Below, one piece after another: positions 6,570 through 13,553 of a stretch of 32,000 nt of DNA (the first letter of the stretch is position 1; each line of letters begins with the position of its first letter). The DNA is from an uncultured bacterium. Its GTDB lineage: Bacteria; Auribacterota; JACPWU01. The notes beneath the pieces were generated by a model. It had not been told where the DNA came from. It saw only the letters and a program-made list of their open reading frames with translations, and searched no databases. The stretch is taken from assembly GCA_964640155.1 (NCBI GenBank), contig CAZXEQ010000002.1, positions 360,001 through 392,000 of the forward strand. The letters are read 5' to 3'. The translations under genes and the position numbers were made by a program.

Positions 6570-6735
6570 CTTTGTGCAGTAGGAAATTGCAAAGGAATCT
6601 CACAGACTTGAAGAGCTGATGGGAGGATTTGAAGGGAGCTCCGACGCCTTTATGATGCTGATCATGCGGTGCATGATCAGCGACGTCTAGTCGGAGCGGG
6701 TGGCCGACCGGAGTGAACGAAGTGAACATAGGCGC
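6570..6735 (+). other. GC-rich, highly structured spacer between two copies of the tRNA-Thr 3' end
   Basis: Perfect 11-bp hairpin GCTGATCATGC-ggt-GCATGATCAGC (6657-6681). CTCCGAC/GTCGGAG and GTCGG/CCGAC helices. An inverted partial copy of the tRNA 3' end lies at 6614-6635. Composition is clearly richer in G+C than the flanks. Confidence 0.5.
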
Positions 6736-6757
6736 CAAATCCCATCACCAGCTGTTT
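6736..6757 (+). repeat. 22-nt direct repeat of the tRNA-Thr 3' end (copy of 6548-6569)
   Basis: CAAATCCCATCACCAGCTGTTT is identical at 6548-6569 and 6736-6757 (offset 188). The second copy runs into a T tract. Confidence 0.9.
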
Positions 6758-6827
6758 TTTTATCATTCATAAAATAACCTCTTGGTTTTTTCTGATCCGT
6801 AGTAAAATGTGAAAGGGATTTATCTAC

Positions 6828-8060
6828 ATGCAAATCACATTTATTTTTCTCTCTCTTATTCTAGGTGTTTTTTTGGGATTGGCTTTGGCAGGGCTTTTAC
6901 GCTGGTTCAAAACGAGAACAGCTTATGAATTAGCAGAAGAATTATATCGCCAGAATGAAACGATGAGAAAGAGTGAAGTGGGGGAACTCATTCAAAATCT
7001 AAAGGCGAATTTTGGCAGCCTCTCTCTTGAAGCTTTATCTAAGTCTACCGAAGAATTACTTAAACTTGCTCAATCTAAGTTTCAGTCTGAAAGAGAATCT
7101 TACACAAAAGATCTTGAAACAAAAAAAGGATTAATTGACCAACAGCTGACGAACATGAATCAGGAATTGGAAAAAGTTACTGATTTGATGAAAACCTTGG
7201 AGAATGATCGTGTTCAAAAATTTGGACAATTAGAATCTCAGCTAAAAAATCAAAATGAACAAGTATCAAAATTATCTCAAACAGCACAAACTTTGAAAGA
7301 AGCCTTAGCCGGTACTAAAACCAGAGGACAATTAGGAGAGAAGCTTGCTGAAGATGTTTTGCGTTTGATGGGTTTTATCGAAAATGTCAATTATCAAAAA
7401 CAACGCATGATTGAAACAGAGGGAACAAAACCAGATTTCACGTTTCTTTTACCAAAAGATCTTAAACTTAACATGGATGTTAAATTCCCCTTAAGTAGTT
7501 ACTTGAGGCATCTTGAAGCCCCGTCTAAAATAGAAAAAGACCAGCATTTAGCGCAATTTTTGAAAGATGTTCGAGCTAGAGTCAAAGAGATTACGTCGCG
7601 TGATTATATTAATCCAGCGCAAAATACTTTAGATTACGTCCTTCTTTTTATCCCTAACGAGCAAGTTTATGCTTTTATTCAAGAGAACGATGCCAGCATT
7701 TTTGATGATGCTCTTAAAACCAAAGTTGTTTTTTGTTCTCCTTTAACGCTCTATGCCATTCTTGCTGTAATCCGGCAGGCCATTGATAATTTTGCTCTTG
7801 AGAAAGCATCTAAAGAAATGCTGTCTTTATTTGGAGCTTTTAGAAAGCAATGGACGGAATTCGTAAAGAAGATGGAAACCTTAGGTAAAAAAATTGATGA
7901 TGCTCAAGAAACTTTTGCATCTTTGATGAGTACACGACAAAGAGAATTAGAAAAACCTCTCAATAAAATTGAAGAATTAAGAAAAGCAGAAGGTTTGCCT
8001 TTAGCGACAATCGAAGAGATAAAAGAACCTCTCTTACTATCAGAAGTAAAAGAGTCTTGA
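6828..8060 (+). CDS. rmuC: DNA recombination protein RmuC
   Basis: N-terminal TM helix, long coiled-coil, then the RmuC nuclease-like C-terminal region (KPDFTFLLPKDLKLNMDVKFPLSSY ... VLLFIPNEQVYAFI). Confidence 0.8.
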   Translation: MQITFIFLSLILGVFLGLALAGLLRWFKTRTAYELAEELYRQNETMRKSEVGELIQNLKANFGSLSLEALSKSTEELLKLAQSKFQSERESYTKDLETKKGLIDQQLTNMNQELEKVTDLMKTLENDRVQKFGQLESQLKNQNEQVSKLSQTAQTLKEALAGTKTRGQLGEKLAEDVLRLMGFIENVNYQKQRMIETEGTKPDFTFLLPKDLKLNMDVKFPLSSYLRHLEAPSKIEKDQHLAQFLKDVRARVKEITSRDYINPAQNTLDYVLLFIPNEQVYAFIQENDASIFDDALKTKVVFCSPLTLYAILAVIRQAIDNFALEKASKEMLSLFGAFRKQWTEFVKKMETLGKKIDDAQETFASLMSTRQRELEKPLNKIEELRKAEGLPLATIEEIKEPLLLSEVKES

Positions 8061-8088
8061 AAGAACCGTACGTCTTTGAAAAATTATC

Positions 8089-8118
8089 TTGTCAAAAATA
8101 AGTGATTTAAGTTATAGT
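8089..8118 (+). promoter_or_regulatory. Sigma-70 promoter candidate upstream of the tRNA-tuf cluster
   Basis: TTGTCA (8089-8094), 18-nt spacer, TATAGT (8113-8118). Confidence 0.45.
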
Positions 8119-8343
8119 ACCCCTACATGATTTAATTTTAATCAAAGCTCTTAAGCGTAAAGAGCAGGTCGCTCTTTCTGCGTTTGGGTTTTGTTTTATT
8201 TTTACGGTTTAATTACAGTGTTCTGGCGTGAACCGCATCGTTTTCCTGTGGTGTTGCACTCCGGTAGAATCTGTAGCACAATCGGCAGTTGGATAATAGA
8301 ACAGGGAATGCTTTATGTTTTTCCCTTGTTAATTTGGTATGCA

Positions 8344-8425
8344 GGGCAGGTACCAAAGCGGCCAACTGGGCCAGACTGTAAATCTGGTGGCTATGCCTAC
8401 GAAGGTTCGAATCCTTCCCTGCCCA
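8344..8425 (+). tRNA. tRNA-Tyr (anticodon GUA)
   Basis: Acceptor GGGCAGG/CCTGCCC, anticodon loop CTGTAAA, long variable arm, T arm GAAGG-TTCGAAT-CCTTC. Close to the E. coli tRNA-Tyr layout. Confidence 0.9.
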
Positions 8426-8515
8426 TAAAAGTAGGGTTTAGGGCATAGGGATAAGGGTTGAGAGATACGTTTTTCTCTAAACCCTAGACCCTATACGCTA
8501 AGTCCTGAGTTTAAT

Positions 8516-8586
8516 GCGGGAGTAGCTCAATGGTAGAGTTCCAGCCTTCCAAGCTGGCCATGCGGGTTCGATTCCCGTCTCCCGCT
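8516..8586 (+). tRNA. tRNA-Gly (anticodon UCC)
   Basis: Acceptor GCGGGAG/CTCCCGC, anticodon stem CCAGC/GCTGG with loop CTTCCAA, T loop TTCGATT. Confidence 0.9.
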
Positions 8587-8645
8587 CGAAAAACTCGAGC
8601 AGGTGAGACGAGATGTATAAGGTAATATAAGCCCTGATTTTAACT

Positions 8646-8718
8646 GCCGAGATAGCTCAGCCGGCAGAGCACGTCCTTGGTAAGGACGAGGCCACGGGTT
8701 CGATTCCCGTTCTCGGCT
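8646..8718 (+). tRNA. tRNA-Thr (anticodon GGU)
   Basis: Acceptor GCCGAGA/TCTCGGC, anticodon stem CGTCC/GGACG with loop TTGGTAA, T arm ACGGG-TTCGATT-CCCGT. Confidence 0.9.
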
Positions 8719-8816
8719 AAGTTATGAGGCTTAGAATAAATTTAGAAACAAACGGGATTTGAATTTTTTAAGACGTGGAAATATTAAGAAGAACTTGAAT
8801 AGGGGAGAAAAACAAA

Positions 8817-10013
8817 ATGGCTAAGGAAAAATTTGAGAGAAAGAAACCACATGTAAACGTGGGAACGATTGGACACGTAGATCATGGTAAAACGACATTG
8901 ACCGCAGCATTGACCAAAGTACTGTCAAAGAAGGGTCAAGCCAAAGAAATCACCTATGCCGACATCGCCAAAGGCGGAGTCGTGCGAGATGACTCAAAGA
9001 TTGTAACCATTGCCGTATCACACGTAGAATACGAAAGCACCAATCGACACTATGCGCATATCGATTGTCCAGGACATGCCGACTATGTCAAAAACATGAT
9101 CACTGGAGCAGCCCAAATGGATGGAGCCATTCTAGTGGTAAGTGCAACTGATGGACCCATGCCCCAAACAAGAGAACACATCTTATTGGCAAGGCAAGTC
9201 GGAGTACCTAACATCGTCGTATTCTTAAACAAATGTGACACCGTAGATGATCCAGAACTATTAGACCTCGTAGAACTAGAAGTAAGAGAACTATTAACAC
9301 AATATCAATTCCCCGGAGACAAAACTCCTATCGTCAGAGGAAGCGCATTAAAAGCACTACAGGGAGACACGAGCGAACTGGGAGAGCCATCCATTGCTAA
9401 ACTACTAGAAGCATTGGACAGCTACATTCCAGAACCCAAAAGAGAAATCGACAAACCCTTCCTCATGCCCGTAGAAGACGTATTCAGCATCACTGGAAGA
9501 GGAACCGTAGCAACGGGAAGAATTGAAAGAGGCATCGTAAAAGTAGGAGAAACCCTAGAAGTCGTAGGACTCAAACCCACTAAAAACGTCGTCGTCACTG
9601 GAGTAGAAATGTTCCGAAAAGAACTAGACCAGGGACAAGCAGGAGACAACGTAGGAGCCTTGCTTAGAGGAGCAGAAAAAGACGACATCGAAAGAGGACA
9701 AGTCTTAGCGGCACCCGGAAGCATCAAGCCGCATACCAAATTCAAAGCAGAAGTCTATGTCTTGAGCAAAGAAGAAGGAGGAAGGCACACACCCTTCTTC
9801 AATGGATACAGACCTCAATTCTACTTCAGAACAACGGATGTGACTGGAGTGGCGAACCTAGCAGGTGGAATAGAAATGGTAATGCCTGGAGACAACACGG
9901 CATTAGAAGTAGAGTTGATCAGTCCAATTGCAATGGACAAGGGCTTAAGATTTGCAATCCGAGAGGGAGGCAAGACCATCGGAGCAGGTAGAGTTACTGA
10001 TATTATTGCGTAA
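8817..10013 (+). CDS. tuf: Elongation factor Tu (copy 1)
   Basis: [14 protein letters not shown] and NKCD GTPase motifs; 398 aa; follows the Tyr-Gly-Thr tRNA cluster as in tufB-type operons. Confidence 0.98.
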   Translation: MAKEKFERKKPHVNVGTIGHVDHGKTTLTAALTKVLSKKGQAKEITYADIAKGGVVRDDSKIVTIAVSHVEYESTNRHYAHIDCPGHADYVKNMITGAAQMDGAILVVSATDGPMPQTREHILLARQVGVPNIVVFLNKCDTVDDPELLDLVELEVRELLTQYQFPGDKTPIVRGSALKALQGDTSELGEPSIAKLLEALDSYIPEPKREIDKPFLMPVEDVFSITGRGTVATGRIERGIVKVGETLEVVGLKPTKNVVVTGVEMFRKELDQGQAGDNVGALLRGAEKDDIERGQVLAAPGSIKPHTKFKAEVYVLSKEEGGRHTPFFNGYRPQFYFRTTDVTGVANLAGGIEMVMPGDNTALEVELISPIAMDKGLRFAIREGGKTIGAGRVTDIIA

Positions 10014-10063
10014 ATTAAATACAGGGAGCATGGAATAGGATTTAGAACTATTCCTGATTTTAT

Positions 10064-10213
10064 ATGAGAGAAATGATTATTCTCGCGTGCACGGAATGTA
10101 AAGACCGAAATTATTGTACTTATAAAAATAAGAAAACGACTCAAAATCGGTTAGAAAGAAATAAGTTTTGTAGACATTGCCGCAAGCATACGTTGCACAA
10201 GGAGACGAAGTAA
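10064..10213 (+). CDS. rpmG: 50S ribosomal protein L33
   Basis: Below the ORF-track size cutoff. Hand translation: [49 protein letters not shown] (four-Cys zinc form). Classical position between tuf and secE. Confidence 0.9.
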   Translation: MREMIILACTECKDRNYCTYKNKKTTQNRLERNKFCRHCRKHTLHKETK

Positions 10214-10305
10214 AAGCGTCGTTTGTTTCTCGCATTTTGTTTCGTTCAATAATTTTAGTCATAAAAACGAATTACGAATAACAACATACGAGAGACGGTT
10301 TTTGA

Positions 10306-10379
10306 AGGCCAGTAGCTCCAATGGCTAGAGCGGCGGTCTCCAAAACCGCATGTTGCAGGTTCAAGTCCTGCCTGGCCTG
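10306..10379 (+). tRNA. tRNA-Trp (anticodon CCA)
   Basis: Acceptor AGGCCAG/CTGGCCT, anticodon stem GCGGT/ACCGC with loop CTCCAAA, T arm GCAGG-TTCAAGT-CCTGC. Confidence 0.9.
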
Positions 10380-10442
10380 GATATTAGAGGGTTAGAGGGC
10401 TTGAGTGGTTTTTAAAAATATTTTTATTTAAAAGGTTGAAGC

Positions 10443-10637
10443 ATGGCAAATCCTGTAAGAAAGTTAGCTAGTTTTTTTGTAGATGCACGACAGGAATTAA
10501 AAAAAGTGTCTTGGCCGACTTTAGATGAGTTAAGGGATTCAACGATTGTTGTCATTGTTTCAATTGTCTTATTAGCAGCTTTTATTGGAGCAGTTGATTT
10601 TCTTTTATCAAAAGTGATTGAAGTTGTGATTCGTTAA
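10443..10637 (+). CDS. secE: Preprotein translocase subunit SecE
   Basis: 64 aa, single C-terminal TM helix, ...ELKKVSWPT... motif, located upstream of nusG. Confidence 0.9.
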   Translation: MANPVRKLASFFVDARQELKKVSWPTLDELRDSTIVVIVSIVLLAAFIGAVDFLLSKVIEVVIR

Positions 10638-10659
10638 GGGAGAGCATAAGAGCATTGTT

Positions 10660-11187
10660 ATGGCACCTAAATGGTATGTAGTTCATACATTATCTGGTCA
10701 GGAAGCAAGAGTTAAAGAGCAACTAGATAAAAAGATTGCGATGGAAGGCATTCAGGAAAAGATCACAAACGTCCTGGTCCCGATTGAAAATGTTTCTGAA
10801 ATCCGATCAGGGAAGAAAAAAATTACAAAAAGAAAATTTTTCCCAGGATATATCCTTGTTGAAATGGATATGAATGATGATACCTGGTATTTAATAAAAA
10901 ACACTCAAGGCGTGATTGGTTTTGTAGGTGCAGGAACTCCTGTCGCTTTGATGGAATCAGAAATTCAAAGCATTTTGAATCAGATTGAAGAGAAAAAAGA
11001 AAAGGTTAAACCCAAAGTTATTTTTGAAAAGGGTGAAGCGGTCAAAGTGAATGATGGTCCGTTCGTCAATTTTACAGGGACTGTCGAAGAATTAGATCCA
11101 GATCGAGGCAAGCTTAAAGTCATGGTTTCTATTTTTGGAAGAGCAACTCCAGTTGAGCTTGAATATTGGCAGGTGGAGAGATCTTAA
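10660..11187 (+). CDS. nusG: Transcription termination/antitermination factor NusG
   Basis: N-terminal WYVVHTLSGQE NGN domain and C-terminal KOW (GEAVKVNDGPF); synteny. Confidence 0.95.
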   Translation: MAPKWYVVHTLSGQEARVKEQLDKKIAMEGIQEKITNVLVPIENVSEIRSGKKKITKRKFFPGYILVEMDMNDDTWYLIKNTQGVIGFVGAGTPVALMESEIQSILNQIEEKKEKVKPKVIFEKGEAVKVNDGPFVNFTGTVEELDPDRGKLKVMVSIFGRATPVELEYWQVERS

Positions 11188-11232
11188 AGAGCGTATATTG
11201 CATCTTGAAGTTCGTTATAAAGGAATAAGACA

Positions 11233-11658
11233 ATGGCAAAAAAAGTAACGGCATTGATTAAATTACAAGTTTCAGCAGGTCAAGCAAATCCTGCTCCTCC
11301 GATTGGTCCAGCCTTGGGTCAGCATGGAGTTAATATTATGGAGTTTTGCAAACAGTTTAATGCAAAAACTCAAGATAAAGCAGGATTGGTGATTCCTGTT
11401 GTGATCACTGTTTTTCAGGATAGAACATTTACTTTTATCATGAAATCACCCCCTGTTGCTACGCTTCTGAAGCGAGCGGTCGGGATTGCAGTTGCATCTG
11501 GAAAACCTAACAAAGAAAAAGTAGGGAAAGTGACCTTAGCTCAGGTAAAAGAAATCGTGAAGCAGAAAATGGAAGATTTGAATACCAAGAGTGAAGATGC
11601 TGCAATGAAAATGGTCATGGGGACGGCTCGAAGTATGGGCATTGATATTGCAAGTTAA
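11233..11658 (+). CDS. rplK: 50S ribosomal protein L11
   Basis: [31 protein letters not shown] signature; synteny. Confidence 0.97.
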   Translation: MAKKVTALIKLQVSAGQANPAPPIGPALGQHGVNIMEFCKQFNAKTQDKAGLVIPVVITVFQDRTFTFIMKSPPVATLLKRAVGIAVASGKPNKEKVGKVTLAQVKEIVKQKMEDLNTKSEDAAMKMVMGTARSMGIDIAS

Positions 11659-11684
11659 ACATACCCAAAGTTAGAAGGTTCTTT

Positions 11685-12389
11685 ATGAAGACACATTCGA
11701 AAAGATTTGAAGCAGGAAAAAAATTGGTTGATTCAGAAAAATTATACTCTGTTGCAGAAAGCGTTTCTGTATTGAAAAGTTTTCCAAAAACAAAGTTTGA
11801 TGAGACAGTAGATTTATCTATTAAATTGGGCGTAGATCCTAAGCAAACAGATCAACAAGTCCGTGGTACTGTTTCCCTTCCTCATGGAACGGGGAAAAAA
11901 GTACGTGTGGTTGTTTTTGCAAAAGGTGAATCAGCCAAACTTGCAAAGGAAGCAGGAGCAGACCATGTAGGGTTAGACGATTTGGTAGAAAAGATTAATA
12001 AAGGTTGGTTTGACTTTGATGTGGTGATTGCTTCTCCAGAAACCATGAGAGAAGTAGGAAAGCTTGGAAAAGTATTAGGTCCTAAGGGATTGATGCCAAG
12101 CCCAAAGACGGGAACAGTTACCCTTGATGTTGACAAAGCTGTTAAGGAAGTTAAAGCCGGACGTGTTGAGTTTAAAATGGATAAAAGTGGAAATTTACAT
12201 TTACCGATTGGAAAAATTTCTTTTGAAGAAAAAGCTTTGGTTGAAAATGCTTCTGCCGTTTTAGATGCGGTTTATCGATCAAAGCCTTCCACAAGCAAAG
12301 GTAGTTTTATGGAAGGGTGTACCATTTCGTCAACCATGAGTCCGGGAGTTCGCATTCGTACGAGAGGTGGTGAGTCAGATGAGGCCTGA
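11685..12389 (+). CDS. rplA: 50S ribosomal protein L1
   Basis: [15 protein letters not shown]...[13 protein letters not shown] signature; synteny. Confidence 0.95.
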   Translation: MKTHSKRFEAGKKLVDSEKLYSVAESVSVLKSFPKTKFDETVDLSIKLGVDPKQTDQQVRGTVSLPHGTGKKVRVVVFAKGESAKLAKEAGADHVGLDDLVEKINKGWFDFDVVIASPETMREVGKLGKVLGPKGLMPSPKTGTVTLDVDKAVKEVKAGRVEFKMDKSGNLHLPIGKISFEEKALVENASAVLDAVYRSKPSTSKGSFMEGCTISSTMSPGVRIRTRGGESDEA

Positions 12390-12912
12390 GAAAGTTTGGA
12401 TAGTCGATAACCTTAAAAGTGTTTCTAAAGATAAGCCTGTTATCGTTTTAACAGACTACACGGGTGTTTCTGCAATTGCGCTTGGAAAACTCAGGGCGCG
12501 TTTGAAAGAAGTTTCCGGATCTTATCTTGTTGTTAAAAATCGTTTGTTTAGATTCGCAGCTAAGGAAGTTTTAGGAGAGGAATCTGTTACAAAAGTTTCT
12601 GGGTCTACCGGAGTGGCTTACAGTGACGATCCTGTGAGTCTTGCTAAAGTCTTGAAAGATTTTTCATCTGAAAATGAAGCTTTCAAGTTGAAAATGGGCT
12701 TCTTAAAAAATCGTGTTTTGGATAAGGCTCAAATACTAGAGCTTTCAAAAATTCCATCCAAGCCGGTTTTAATTGCTCAACTGCTTGGGATTCTCAAGCG
12801 CCCCATGTCAGATTTAGTATACGTCTTGAAATCACAAATTTCAGGCTTGGCCATTGCATTAGAGGCCATTAAGGAACAAAAACAAAAGGCCGAACAAAAT
12901 AAGGCTTCATAA
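12379..12912 (+). CDS. rplJ: 50S ribosomal protein L10
   Basis: L10-like sequence upstream of rplL. Start placed at ATG 12379 (GAGGTGG about 10 nt upstream), not the GTG at 12367. Overlaps the rplA stop by 11 nt. Confidence 0.9.
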   Translation: MRPEKVWIVDNLKSVSKDKPVIVLTDYTGVSAIALGKLRARLKEVSGSYLVVKNRLFRFAAKEVLGEESVTKVSGSTGVAYSDDPVSLAKVLKDFSSENEAFKLKMGFLKNRVLDKAQILELSKIPSKPVLIAQLLGILKRPMSDLVYVLKSQISGLAIALEAIKEQKQKAEQNKAS

Positions 12913-12972
12913 AGATAAATCTATAAAAAAGAAAACAATCAAGATAAAGAAAGAATATAGGAGGAAGAAAAC

Positions 12973-13353
12973 ATGCAACAAATGATCGAGCAAATCGAAA
13001 AAATGACAGTATTAGAGCTTTCAGAGTTAGTGAAGGCTTTGGAGCAAAAGTTTGGTGTAACAGCTCAAGCCCCAGTCATGGGCGTTGCTGTCGCAGGTGC
13101 CGCTGGTCAAGCAGGTGGTGCAGCAGCTGCAGTAGAAGAGAAAACAGAGTTCACTGTTATTCTTGCCAATGCTGGCGATAAGAAAATCAATGTCATTAAA
13201 GAAGTAAGAGCCATTACAGGATTAGGCTTAAAAGAAGCGAAAGATTTAGTTGAGGGAGCTCCAAAACCATTGAAGGAAGGCGTTGCCAAGAAAGAAGCTG
13301 AAGAGATCAAGGCAAAGCTTGAAGCTCAGGGTGCAAAGATCGAACTCAAGTAA
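12973..13353 (+). CDS. rplL: 50S ribosomal protein L7/L12
   Basis: Ala/Gly hinge and C-terminal [27 protein letters not shown] signature. Confidence 0.97.
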   Translation: MQQMIEQIEKMTVLELSELVKALEQKFGVTAQAPVMGVAVAGAAGQAGGAAAAVEEKTEFTVILANAGDKKINVIKEVRAITGLGLKEAKDLVEGAPKPLKEGVAKKEAEEIKAKLEAQGAKIELK

Positions 13354-13553
13354 TCTAGAGTTTTTAAAGACGAGTTTTGAATACAGAAATTAAGAATCAT
13401 TCATAAGAAGAAGTGGTTCGTATGTTGGATTAAGTTGTTTTGATTAAACAATATACGAGTCCCCAATCTGCTGCCCTCCAGGTCAGATGATTAATCTGTA
13501 GGCTCAAAAACTTTAAGACTGACGACTCGCGACTTTTATTATAAAGGAAGGTT

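Noticed and set aside
6547-6738. 63-aa reverse-strand ORF in the GC-rich spacer
   Set aside because: It starts and ends inside the two copies of the tRNA 3' end and spans perfect hairpins. RNA/DNA structure explains the region better than coding does.
8191-8448. 85-aa + strand ORF
   Set aside because: It runs straight through tRNA-Tyr (8344-8425) and the structured leader, starts at TTG with no RBS, and has no recognisable protein features.
9422-9745. 107-aa antisense ORF inside tuf (identical one at 25177-25500)
   Set aside because: The T-poor tuf sense strand makes the antisense strand A-poor, so stop codons are rare there. The ORF is a compositional by-product with low-complexity Ser/Pro/Thr-rich content and no start context.
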